A DNA stretch of 45,404 nucleotides from a virus (taxonomy: Duplodnaviria; Caudoviricetes): positions 1 to 45,404 of IMG/VR virus record IMGVR_UViG_3300031227_000097, one strand, 5' to 3'. The notes under the pieces were generated by a model. It made no database searches, had not been told where the DNA came from, and worked only from the letters and a program-made list of their open reading frames with translations. Below are positions 8,794 through 17,793 of this stretch, piece by piece. The position numbers and the translations under genes were made by a program. Positions within the stretch are counted from its first letter, which is position 1; every line of letters begins with the position of its first letter.

Positions 8794-9041
8794 TGCAAAA
8801 GCACACCCGGATTTATATGAGATATTTCGGGTACGGAGAACAAGATTTTAAGCCTTGTGAATTCGGGTGCGGCCGTTGTGTTGACGTTCATCATATAGAT
8901 GGGCGAGGAGAGGGAAAGGATGTAATTGAGAATCTTTTAGGGTGCTGCCGGGAAAAGCATAACGACTGTGAGATGCACAGGATCACAAAGGATGAGCAGA
9001 AGAAAGTACACTTTGAATTTATGAAACGCAAATCTAATTGA
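8793..9041 (+). CDS. Small HNH endonuclease
   Basis: CEFGC...DVHHI...ENLLGCCREKH. Confidence 0.75.
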   Translation: MQKHTRIYMRYFGYGEQDFKPCEFGCGRCVDVHHIDGRGEGKDVIENLLGCCREKHNDCEMHRITKDEQKKVHFEFMKRKSN

Positions 9042-9042
9042 T

Positions 9043-9441
9043 ATGATTATTATTCAATCTAAGCTAAAAGGAATTAAGGAGTTTATCACAGGAACCCGAT
9101 TGGTATTTTTTGTTAGGAAAGATATTATAACAGAAGATATTAAAATGCAGATTGAGCAGAGCAATGGTAATGAGGGATGGCTTACGTTTTCCAGAGATGA
9201 GCTTAAGGCAGGGATTGAGAAGATAATGAAAGATCGTAAGGTCGGAGCCTCTGAGAAAGGGAGGAGTAAATCAGAGCTTATGAGAGGCGAACTATATCGA
9301 TACTGGATGAATGGCTATAAAGGACAGAAGATATTTGAGGAGTTCTATCGGGATAAAATGGATGATTATATAACGAAGATAAAGCAAGTTAATGATCAGC
9401 TTGAAATAGAAAAAATGGATGAGGATTATTCACATAAATAA
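9043..9441 (+). CDS. Hypothetical protein
   Basis: 132-aa ORF starting in the 17-bp repeat. Confidence 0.65.
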   Translation: MIIIQSKLKGIKEFITGTRLVFFVRKDIITEDIKMQIEQSNGNEGWLTFSRDELKAGIEKIMKDRKVGASEKGRSKSELMRGELYRYWMNGYKGQKIFEEFYRDKMDDYITKIKQVNDQLEIEKMDEDYSHK

Positions 9442-9447
9442 ATTATT

Positions 9448-9876
9448 ATGGTAAACAAGGTAATTTTAATTGGTCGGGCAGGGAAAGACCCTGTATTACA
9501 CACGACACAATCAGGCAGGGATGTAGCGCAATTCAGTTTTGCTACCTCCGAATCTTTTAAGGACGATCAGGTAGAGGGAGGATGGCGGGAAGAAACCCAG
9601 TGGCATAATATTGTAGTGTGGGGGAAGACTGCGGATGCTGTTTCCAAGAAGATCAAGAAGGGCGATCAGGTATTTGTCGAGGGGAAACTTAAATATCGTA
9701 CCTATGAGAATAAGGAGGGGCAGACGGTTTACATAACTGAGGTAGTGGGGTTTGCCAGAGGTTTATGTATTGCTAAAAAAAGCACAACTGAGAAGTTGCC
9801 AGAATCTAATGAGGCAATTGAGGATAAGAACCCTGCGAAGCTGAATCCTGAAAATAAGGATGATTTACCGTTCTGA
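9448..9876 (+). CDS. ssb: Single-stranded DNA-binding protein
   Basis: MVNKVILIGRAGKDP, TQWHNIVVW, KGDQVFVEGKL, C-terminal DDLPF. Confidence 0.95.
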   Translation: MVNKVILIGRAGKDPVLHTTQSGRDVAQFSFATSESFKDDQVEGGWREETQWHNIVVWGKTADAVSKKIKKGDQVFVEGKLKYRTYENKEGQTVYITEVVGFARGLCIAKKSTTEKLPESNEAIEDKNPAKLNPENKDDLPF

Positions 9877-9877
9877 T

Positions 9878-10108
9878 ATGACAGAGAAAGAAACTGCTCT
9901 AATTAAGGAGCATCAGGATGCCATAAACGCTTTCAAAAAACTGATTGCGAGAAAGGCAAAACTCGAAACTATTAGATATCATGCGAAAGTCATAATATCA
10001 ATAAACGAGGATATTTTAACGGCCATTTGTGGTGGCAAGGTATGGAAACCCGGAGAGGGGGATTTTGATAGTGTAAGATTTCAAAACTTAATTAGTAAAG
10101 ATAAATAA
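9878..10108 (+). CDS. Hypothetical protein
   Basis: Probable start ATG 9878, just after the ssb stop. Confidence 0.55.
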   Translation: MTEKETALIKEHQDAINAFKKLIARKAKLETIRYHAKVIISINEDILTAICGGKVWKPGEGDFDSVRFQNLISKDK

Positions 10109-10111
10109 GCT

Positions 10112-10342
10112 ATGGAAAGTCAGAATAAACAAATAAGAGAGCATCTTGAAAGGGGTAAATCACTGACTCCGCTTGATGCTTTATATCAATTTGGATGCTT
10201 TCGTTTAGGAGCGAGAATACATAATCTTAAAAGCGAAGGTATGAATATTCAGACTGATATAATTGAGATAACATCCAGAGGCAAGCCAAAGAGAGTTGCC
10301 AGATATAAACTTAGAGAATCAAAATCTGATAAAAATAACTAA
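10112..10342 (+). CDS. Phage winged-HTH protein (HTH_39-like)
   Basis: SQNKQIREHLERGKSLTPLDALYQFGCFRLGARIHNLK. Confidence 0.8.
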   Translation: MESQNKQIREHLERGKSLTPLDALYQFGCFRLGARIHNLKSEGMNIQTDIIEITSRGKPKRVARYKLRESKSDKNN

Positions 10343-10343
10343 G

Positions 10344-10736
10344 ATGAAAAAAGCAGCATTTTACCTAATTGGAATCCTGATATTATCAGCGTGTAGCGTA
10401 GTTAAGCCATCAGGGATGTTACAGGAGGATGAGTTATTTATGACTCGCAAGTTTGCCGGGAACTTCATTGAGTACAGGCATAGCGGCCCGGATCATTTTG
10501 GTAGCCCTCATCTGATCTGGATAAAGACAAGTAAGGAAGACACCTTTGGTAAGATATGTGCGTATAGCAGGCGGTGTGAGTTTACAGCAGGTGAGAGGCT
10601 ATTCATCAGGAGAATATACTATGCTCCGTCAGTCACCTCTGGCTATTGGATGTATCAGCTTGAGGGCGATGCCAAGCATTACAGGTTACGTCAGTTTCAG
10701 ATTGATAGGAAAATATTAGTACAGGGCTGGTTTTAA
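10344..10736 (+). CDS. Lipoprotein of unknown function
   Basis: MKKAAFYLIGILILSAC: signal peptide II with lipobox LSAC; probable start 10344. Confidence 0.75.
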   Translation: MKKAAFYLIGILILSACSVVKPSGMLQEDELFMTRKFAGNFIEYRHSGPDHFGSPHLIWIKTSKEDTFGKICAYSRRCEFTAGERLFIRRIYYAPSVTSGYWMYQLEGDAKHYRLRQFQIDRKILVQGWF

Positions 10737-10769
10737 CAATAGTGGAAATGATCACTAAATAATATAGCT

Positions 10770-11093
10770 ATGGCAAAACTAAAAAATCAATTAAGAAGAT
10801 GTAATTGCGGAAAAGCATGGCAAACACATGAAAAAGGAGGTAAGCTGTTTAGGTGTCCTGATTGTGGTTCGACAAAGAAATCCCATGAAATAATTGAAGG
10901 CCGAATATATACAAGTCATAGAATTAACCCTAGTGAATATAGTGATATATTATTAAAAAGGACATGGCACACTACATTTCAAAGATTAAAAGGAAAATAT
11001 TTAAACACAAAGTATTGTAAGAAGTGTAAAAAGCTGGAAAAACATCTTGATCATTGCAGAGAAGCTATATGTATTTATTTTAAAAACCAATAA
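10770..11093 (+). CDS. Zn-ribbon hypothetical protein (MAKL start family)
   Basis: CNCG...CPDCGS, CKKC. Confidence 0.65.
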   Translation: MAKLKNQLRRCNCGKAWQTHEKGGKLFRCPDCGSTKKSHEIIEGRIYTSHRINPSEYSDILLKRTWHTTFQRLKGKYLNTKYCKKCKKLEKHLDHCREAICIYFKNQ

Positions 11094-11097
11094 AGTT

Positions 11098-11340
11098 ATG
11101 GCAAAACTAACGGAACAGGAGATACATAAATTAGCAGACGAATATGCTTTTCAATATGATATTCAGAAAGCTACATTAATGGCATTTGCTAAAGAACTCC
11201 TATCCAAACAGGGAGAGGGGAAAACGGCAGAAGCAGTAAAATACATGATTAGCGTATGGAATGAAGTACAAGGGAATTGGAGGGAAAGGCCAGACCACGT
11301 GCAACAAAAGTTTTTAGAAGCAGAAAAAGAGATTAAATAA
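11098..11340 (+). CDS. Modular hypothetical protein (MAKL start family)
   Basis: Probable start 11098 (MAKLTEQE); contains linker LSKQGEGKTAE. Confidence 0.65.
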   Translation: MAKLTEQEIHKLADEYAFQYDIQKATLMAFAKELLSKQGEGKTAEAVKYMISVWNEVQGNWRERPDHVQQKFLEAEKEIK

Positions 11341-11347
11341 TATAGAG

Positions 11348-11650
11348 ATGAAAACAGCAGAAGGAATAAATCTAATTGAGGAGGCAAGTCTATACATTGG
11401 CGATGATATTGATATATCAAAGCAAGTTAATTCTAATAAAGACGCTAGGATGTTAATGGCAACATTTGCCTCTTATATTTTAAATAAATACGCATCAGAA
11501 TACGCCTCACAGCAGAAGCCAACGGATGAAGAGATAATACAGCATATTGTAAAACATTGTCGTAATTCGCATGACCAGAAAACTATGGATGAACAAGCCT
11601 ATTATGAAGGTGCTAAAGACATGAGAGACAACAACATTAAAACCAAATGA
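11348..11650 (+). CDS. Modular hypothetical protein
   Basis: MKTAE start; EYASQQKPT linker. Confidence 0.65.
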   Translation: MKTAEGINLIEEASLYIGDDIDISKQVNSNKDARMLMATFASYILNKYASEYASQQKPTDEEIIQHIVKHCRNSHDQKTMDEQAYYEGAKDMRDNNIKTK

Positions 11651-11653
11651 GCT

Positions 11654-12268
11654 ATGGCAAAACTAACTAGAAGACAATACCTATCCAAACAGGGAGAGCC
11701 TACTGGGGGAGAGGGAAAAGATATTTTTCAAATAATTGAAGAGAGAATTACCCATTTTATTGATATAAAATATCATACTCATGAAGCTAAAAGATTAACA
11801 GCAGCTTTATTAACTATAAGGGAATTAATGCCTCCTGATTCCATATCAGAATTTTTAACAGGAAAAGAGTGCAATACCTGTGATGATTTACCTAATTCTT
11901 TTGGTGATTCTTATAAATGCCAATCATGCGAGCAATCCCAACCAGTAAAGCCTACCGGGGGAGAGAAAGAATGTGAATCTGAAATTGGAGACTATAAATG
12001 CCATGTAAGAACTAACATAAAAGATAAGATTGGAAGAACTGTATCTGTTGATAAATGCTTAAAGGATGCTGTTGAGTTATTAAATAAACATGGTTATTCT
12101 ACTATTGCATCTTGTTGTGGACATGGGAAGGTATCTCCAACGATACTTATTGACCAATCCCAACCTGCAGAGATAGCGATACGTGGGGGCCGGGGCTGGA
12201 TCAACAGAACTGCTAATGATTTTATTCTTGACACTGGGAAGATTTCACCGAGATATAGAAGATTATGA
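11654..12268 (+). CDS. Modular hypothetical protein with a Cys cluster and a TIASCCGHG module
   Basis: Linkers LSKQGEPTGGE, EQSQPVKPTGGE and DQSQPAE separate unrelated segments. Confidence 0.7.
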   Translation: MAKLTRRQYLSKQGEPTGGEGKDIFQIIEERITHFIDIKYHTHEAKRLTAALLTIRELMPPDSISEFLTGKECNTCDDLPNSFGDSYKCQSCEQSQPVKPTGGEKECESEIGDYKCHVRTNIKDKIGRTVSVDKCLKDAVELLNKHGYSTIASCCGHGKVSPTILIDQSQPAEIAIRGGRGWINRTANDFILDTGKISPRYRRL

Positions 12269-13068
12269 ATCCAAAACGAGCTATTGAATTTATTAAAAAG
12301 ATTGCTTCAGAGAAAGTTATTAATGTAGCTTTTTCAGGAGGTAAGGATAGCATTGTTTTGCTGGATTTAGTAAGGAAATCGAATGTAGAGTATAAAGCAT
12401 TTTATTCTAATACGACAATTGACCCACCGGGAACCATTAAATTCATAAAGGAGTATTATTCTGATGTTGAAATTAAGCAGCCTAAAAAATCATTTTACCA
12501 ACTAATATATTCAAAAGGATTACCCACTCGGATGGCTCGATTCTGTTGTGAATATTTAAAAGAATCTGCAAGTATTGGTAAAGAGATGCTGGATGGAACC
12601 AGAAGGGCCGAAGGGAATAAACGAGGTAATTACACTCCAGAAGATTGCGATACCCGAAAATGGATGAAGGGCGCAAGGCATATAAGGCCTATCGTTTACT
12701 GGAGTGATAAAGATGTATGGAATTACATAAAAGAAAACTCATTACCATACTTGAAATATTATGATGCTCCATATTACTTTACAAGGCATGGATGTGTAGG
12801 TTGTCCGTTAACTAGTACATCACAAAAAATTAAGCAATATCAAACTTTTCCGAGGTATTTTGAGGCTGTTATTATGGCAATTCGTAAACACATGGAATTA
12901 AAGCCAGCCCTAAAGATAGCACGTTCATTTAATAATGAATATGAGGCATTTCATTGGTGGCTATCATTTTTGACAATAGACAGGTATTGCGAATTGAGAG
13001 ATAATTCATTGTTTCCGATAAGTAACCATAGAAGATTAATTGAAAAAGTAATATATAAGAAATCATGA
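12265..13068 (+). CDS. PAPS reductase family (PP-loop) protein
   Basis: VAFSGGKDS, RFCCEYLKE, GTRRAEG.KR, PIVYWSDKDVW, RHGCVGCP. Confidence 0.9.
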   Translation: MNPKRAIEFIKKIASEKVINVAFSGGKDSIVLLDLVRKSNVEYKAFYSNTTIDPPGTIKFIKEYYSDVEIKQPKKSFYQLIYSKGLPTRMARFCCEYLKESASIGKEMLDGTRRAEGNKRGNYTPEDCDTRKWMKGARHIRPIVYWSDKDVWNYIKENSLPYLKYYDAPYYFTRHGCVGCPLTSTSQKIKQYQTFPRYFEAVIMAIRKHMELKPALKIARSFNNEYEAFHWWLSFLTIDRYCELRDNSLFPISNHRRLIEKVIYKKS

Positions 13069-13208
13069 AAGAATTACAAGCAAAGAGCAGGCCGTTTGAT
13101 TTTATAATAGTCAACGGAGCGGTATTGGGATTATATCTAATGGCTATGGCTGTCGTTTGCGGTCTCGCTTGCCTGGTAATGACAATAGTTGAAATAATAA
13201 TTAAATAA
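13065..13208 (+). CDS. Small membrane protein (47 aa, not in ORF track)
   Basis: MKELQAKSRPFDFIIVNGAVLGLYLMAMAVVCGLACLVMTIVEIIIK; ATGA overlap. Confidence 0.5.
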   Translation: MKELQAKSRPFDFIIVNGAVLGLYLMAMAVVCGLACLVMTIVEIIIK

Positions 13209-13215
13209 TATAGAG

Positions 13216-13902
13216 ATGGCAAAAGAAATAAAAGATACCTTAAAAGGACATTATAAGCATAAGGAACGACTGTCTATTCTTGAAAAACATTTAGGTAAAA
13301 AGTTCTATGATACAGGAGAATTTCATATTGCTATTTCAGATGCTATGGAAGAATACTCCTCACAATCACAGGGAGAGCCTACTGGGGTGAACTTAAAGAA
13401 ACTCGAAAGTAATCTTGATGAAGCTTTAGAAAGAGACTTCCCTGAGCAATCCCAACCAGTAGAGCAAGCCGAACAAAGGAAAGAATACACATTCAAGGAT
13501 TGGTGGATAGGCTTTGTTAGGCAATATATTCCTGCAGGCGATACAAGAGAAGATATGATTTATGTATGGGCTGAATCGGCATGGAAGGCAGCAAGGTTAA
13601 CCACAAGTACCGAGCAAGCCGACAAGAGGGATGCTAAGATAAAGAAAATCACATCTGATTCCATATTAAATAATCTTGATAAAATATCAACAAATATTGC
13701 TAAACAACTAATTTTTCTTAAAAATATGGATAAGTATTTAGAGCTTATTGAGGCACAAAAGGAATTGATTGAGTTTTATGGGGAAAGATTAGGTGCAAGT
13801 GCTATATACTTACATATTAATCATATGGATGAATCAAAGGAAAATATTGAAAAGGGTGCGCGACTCCGCCTAAAGATTGAAGAACTTAATAAAGAGAAGT
13901 GA
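13216..13902 (+). CDS. Modular hypothetical protein
   Basis: Linkers EYSSQSQGEPTG, EQSQPVEQAE and EQADK. Confidence 0.7.
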   Translation: MAKEIKDTLKGHYKHKERLSILEKHLGKKFYDTGEFHIAISDAMEEYSSQSQGEPTGVNLKKLESNLDEALERDFPEQSQPVEQAEQRKEYTFKDWWIGFVRQYIPAGDTREDMIYVWAESAWKAARLTTSTEQADKRDAKIKKITSDSILNNLDKISTNIAKQLIFLKNMDKYLELIEAQKELIEFYGERLGASAIYLHINHMDESKENIEKGARLRLKIEELNKEK

Positions 13903-14075
13903 TAAAAAAGAGATTAAGCAGTATTCGTATAAGGTTAATTCAATGGTTCTCAGACTGTGATGGTATGTGCGGACATCTCGATATCTGTAAGTATTGTGAG
14001 AGGTATCAAAAATAATTCATAACTTTACAAATATTTATCTATTATGGTTGAAACCAAAATCAACTGAGTAAAGCT

Positions 14076-14555
14076 ATGACATACGATAGAGAGAAGTTAA
14101 GTTTAATTGAGGCTGAGTCTATTTTTGAAAATAAATTGCGGTTCAAAACTGAAAAGGAATTTGTAAAAAGTTTGTCTATAATAATTAATCAGTTAATAGA
14201 AAACATATATGGATATACTGTAATAAAAATTGAATATGAAAAGCCATTATTTTTAAGGGAGTATGGGGGCACAAATCTAAGGGCAGATATTTGGATAGAA
14301 ACAAAAGAAGGGATTGATATTATAATAGAATGTAAAAATGCATATCATAATAAGGCAGAAACGCATAATGCCATAGGTCAAATGATTGGCTATCAAATAA
14401 ATTTAGAGTTATTAAGAGGGAATAGTAAATTAATTTTAGCTACAAGTTTCTTTGATTTTTATATGGCGAAAATAATTAAGAGATTTGATTTAGACTTTGA
14501 TATTATATTACATAACAAACAAACAACCGCATATTTATTAAAATCAGAGTTATGA
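14076..14555 (+). CDS. PD-(D/E)XK nuclease-like protein
   Basis: EYE...RADIW...IIIECK...AIGQMIGY. Confidence 0.7.
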   Translation: MTYDREKLSLIEAESIFENKLRFKTEKEFVKSLSIIINQLIENIYGYTVIKIEYEKPLFLREYGGTNLRADIWIETKEGIDIIIECKNAYHNKAETHNAIGQMIGYQINLELLRGNSKLILATSFFDFYMAKIIKRFDLDFDIILHNKQTTAYLLKSEL

Positions 14556-14944
14556 AAAAGGCAGAACAGTACGAATCAGAAATACTTAAAGTAATAGAAG
14601 AAAATAAAATCTATGTTATTAAGGATATATTCGCATTTTATACAGGCATAAAATCATCGCAATTTTATAATCTAAAACTGGAAAAATCGGAAAGTATATT
14701 AAAAGCACTTGATGATAATAAAGTAAAAACAAAATATTCATTAAAACAGAAATGGTTAGACTCTAATAATGCGATATTACAATTAGCCTTATATAAGTTA
14801 ATCTGTACTGATGATGAGAGGAGAGCTTTATCTATGCAGCAGATAGAACACTCCGGCAACCTGAAGAATATTAATATTGAGGTATCGAGTGAGAAGGGAG
14901 CAAAAGCCTTAAAGGAGTATCTAGATGAAACCGAAACTGACTAA
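14552..14944 (+). CDS. terS: Terminase small subunit
   Basis: HTH-like N terminus, LQLALYKLI..DDERRALS..IEHSG; overlaps terL. Confidence 0.75.
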   Translation: MKKAEQYESEILKVIEENKIYVIKDIFAFYTGIKSSQFYNLKLEKSESILKALDDNKVKTKYSLKQKWLDSNNAILQLALYKLICTDDERRALSMQQIEHSGNLKNINIEVSSEKGAKALKEYLDETETD

Positions 14945-16085
14945 CGTATTTGAGAGAAATCTACAAGCGTACCGGGATGGGGAACACATAATAATCAATC
15001 AGGGGGGCCAAGGTTCTAGTAAGACGTATTCCATATTACAGGTATTAGCACTGATCGCTATGAGAGAACGGAAGAGGATTACGGTTGCCTCTTATGCTTT
15101 GCCTCACTTAAAGCAGGGAGCTATGTCGGACTTCGATAGGATAGTGGAGTCATACGGTTATAATCCCGGAGCGATAAAAAGTATATCAGAAAGTACATAT
15201 TATATCGGTAGGTCTGCCGTAGAGTTCTTTGGTGTGGAAGGGAATCTGGCAAAGGTACATGGGCCGAGGCGAGATATATTATTCGTTAACGAGGCCAACA
15301 GAAAAATATCATACGAGGTATATGATCAGCTAAGTACGAGGACTCAGGGAGCAGTCTTTCTAGACTTCAACCCGGATCAGGAGTTTTTTATACATGATAT
15401 GATAATCCCAAACTTTAAACATAAGTTGATCGTCTCAACGTATCTGGATAATCCTTACCTCCCGGAGAAGGAATTACAGAATATCTTATCTAAGAAGGAT
15501 AAGCTCGGATTCGAGAATTGGTGGAAGGTATATGGCCTCGGTCAGCTAGGGAAGCTCGAAGGTGCTATCCTTCCGAATTGGAGGTATGGAGAGTTTAATA
15601 ATGTTTTCCCTTTCGGCTATGGTTGTGACTTCGGGTTTAATGCTCCCGATACGCTGGTTAAGGTTGCTATCGATTATAAGGGAAAGAAGATATACGTCAA
15701 AGAGGAGGTATTTAAGGAGGGTAATTCAGCAGAGGAATTCAGACAGCTGATCCTATCCAGAGAAGTTAATCGTAATCATCTTATAGTAGCTGATTGTGCT
15801 GATGCTCGGATGATAAGCTATCTAGAGACGTATTATAATATAAAGCCCGTAAACAAAGTGAAATGGACTGTGCCGGAGGCTCTTAAGATGATGCAGGATT
15901 ATGAGATAATAGTCACCGACAAGAGCCATAACATAGCAAAGGAACTTAATAACTATATCTGGTCGGATAAGAAAGCAGGGATACCTAACAAGGGATTCGA
16001 TCACTCGATAGATGCGATAAGATATTACTTTCAACAAGTTATTAACAAAGAGACGAGAGGGAAACAGATATGGCACAAAATGTAG
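14925..16085 (+). CDS. terL: Terminase large subunit (PBSX/SPP1-like)
   Basis: GGQGSSKT Walker A, LFVNEAN Walker B, DFNP, STYLDNPYL, GCDFGF, DHSIDAIRY. Confidence 0.95.
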   Translation: MKPKLTNVFERNLQAYRDGEHIIINQGGQGSSKTYSILQVLALIAMRERKRITVASYALPHLKQGAMSDFDRIVESYGYNPGAIKSISESTYYIGRSAVEFFGVEGNLAKVHGPRRDILFVNEANRKISYEVYDQLSTRTQGAVFLDFNPDQEFFIHDMIIPNFKHKLIVSTYLDNPYLPEKELQNILSKKDKLGFENWWKVYGLGQLGKLEGAILPNWRYGEFNNVFPFGYGCDFGFNAPDTLVKVAIDYKGKKIYVKEEVFKEGNSAEEFRQLILSREVNRNHLIVADCADARMISYLETYYNIKPVNKVKWTVPEALKMMQDYEIIVTDKSHNIAKELNNYIWSDKKAGIPNKGFDHSIDAIRYYFQQVINKETRGKQIWHKM

Positions 16086-16729
16086 ATATCAATAAACTGA
16101 CTCTTAACGAGATGATGCTCCGCTATGAGCTGTATCATGGATTGGTGGATGGCCTTGGCAAACTTCCCCTGCCTTATGACTTAAGCATTGAGAAGGGAAA
16201 ATATAAGATACCACAGGATTTAAACGAGCTAACAGGGAATATATGTTACGGTCAAAGGATGTTTCTAGGGCAGAAAGAGGACGATGACTTCGGAACTATC
16301 CTCAGGTTGATAGTCGGATATTACTACCCGATAGCCACGAAAGAGAAGTGGGACGCAGATAAAGCATTGTTATTTGAAAAGAATACCTTAACTTGCATCG
16401 TTATAGAGTTGTTCCCAATAGCTATCCACATGGCAACACTTGTTAAAGAGATGGCAGACAGAGAAGAAACGTTACTGCATCGGGAGCCATCCAAGATAGA
16501 ACTTGCAGCAGGGATCGAGAAGCTAAACGTATTCTCCGAGCTTAGTTCCCTTGACTTCCTTCGGGATGCTATGAAGATAACCGTACCAGAAGTTCTACTC
16601 ACACCCTATAATGAATGTCTAGTCAGGTTTATGATGGCAAAGGAGTTACAGGATTTTCAAGAGAGATACTTCAAGTTGCAGATGGAACTATCTAAGAAGG
16701 TTAAAAATAAAGGATATGACAAATCTTAA
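16070..16729 (+). CDS. Hypothetical protein, possibly tail assembly chaperone
   Basis: 219-aa helical ORF at the head of the tail module. Confidence 0.5.
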   Translation: MAQNVDINKLTLNEMMLRYELYHGLVDGLGKLPLPYDLSIEKGKYKIPQDLNELTGNICYGQRMFLGQKEDDDFGTILRLIVGYYYPIATKEKWDADKALLFEKNTLTCIVIELFPIAIHMATLVKEMADREETLLHREPSKIELAAGIEKLNVFSELSSLDFLRDAMKITVPEVLLTPYNECLVRFMMAKELQDFQERYFKLQMELSKKVKNKGYDKS

Positions 16730-17339
16730 GCGTAGATACTTCAACTTCAATTCCGGGAGGCAGCCAGCCAAAGGAGTTGCAAGGGCAGGGTTTCTGACTC
16801 GTGCCATTGGTAACGGCATCGATGCTTGGGATGATCTGAGAACACCTACTAACACAGCAAAGAAGATAACAGGAAAAGAGCCAGCAGACACAGCTTATAA
16901 GGGAGGGATAGTACAAGCCTTTTCAGATAGTGCGGATAACGGTGTGGGATTTACGGTACAGCTACCCCATAAATATCACGAAGGGGAGGACATAGAATTT
17001 CATGTACATATTATAATACCGGTTAAAGGATCAGGGGCAGGAGCGGAGAATGTCAAGTTTGATCTTACTCATTCATGGGCTAATCAGGATGGTGTGTTTC
17101 CTGCCGAGACACCTGTCAGTGAGACAATCGATGTACAGGCCGAGGGTGCAGATATTCATTTATATAGGCTTATCGCTGTATTAGATGGTACGGGTAAAGA
17201 AATAAGCTCGGTGGTGATTTGCTCTTTAACAAGAGATACAGGGGTGGCTAATAATTATGCTAATCCTGTTTACCTATCAGAATTAGATTTTCATTTCCCC
17301 CTTGATGCGGTGGGATCAACTACACAAACAGTAAAATGA
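16716..17339 (+). CDS. Putative virion structural protein (beta-rich)
   Basis: 207 aa, Gly/Thr/Val-rich; lies in the late operon. Confidence 0.5.
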   Translation: MTNLKRRYFNFNSGRQPAKGVARAGFLTRAIGNGIDAWDDLRTPTNTAKKITGKEPADTAYKGGIVQAFSDSADNGVGFTVQLPHKYHEGEDIEFHVHIIIPVKGSGAGAENVKFDLTHSWANQDGVFPAETPVSETIDVQAEGADIHLYRLIAVLDGTGKEISSVVICSLTRDTGVANNYANPVYLSELDFHFPLDAVGSTTQTVK

Positions 17340-17776
17340 TAACAGAGAAACTTAAAACAATAATGGCTGACTCTGGCTGCACTCTGGTAATCTATGAGGC
17401 AGACCGGATGGCAAATCTTTATACGGATCAGAGCAACCAGCTTGATATAGTAGGTTTGATAATACAGCCTGCCAGCATAGAGCTTGTAGTAAAAGCGAAT
17501 GCTATCCATGAACATTACAACCCGATGACGCTTAAGGTCATGCAGCAGGTTAAGCCGGAGGATAGCGCAGAGAATAACGAGGTGAAACTACAAGCCCTCC
17601 TTAATCTCTGTAAAAAGATTATAGTAAGGCTTATCAACGATGCCTCTTTCAAGACAATAACTCCTTTCATAGCGGATAGGATTCTAGAGACAGAGTTCGA
17701 TGCTAATGTAATAGGGTGGGCTATGCCACTAGATTTATATTATTTACTTAACGAGAATAGAGAACCTTGTTTATAA
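17336..17776 (+). CDS. Putative tail terminator / completion protein
   Basis: 146 aa; FDANVIGW near the C terminus; position in the module. Confidence 0.45.
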   Translation: MITEKLKTIMADSGCTLVIYEADRMANLYTDQSNQLDIVGLIIQPASIELVVKANAIHEHYNPMTLKVMQQVKPEDSAENNEVKLQALLNLCKKIIVRLINDASFKTITPFIADRILETEFDANVIGWAMPLDLYYLLNENREPCL

Positions 17777-17793
17777 ACTAAAATCAGGCAATT

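Larger units (their letters stand above)
1389..9046 (+). repeat. Dispersed 17-bp gene-start repeat AAATCTAATTGATATGA, five copies
   Basis: Copies start at 1389, 1635, 1796, 2764 and 9030; each contains the ATG of a different gene (1402, 1648, 1809, 2777, 9043). Confidence 0.9.
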
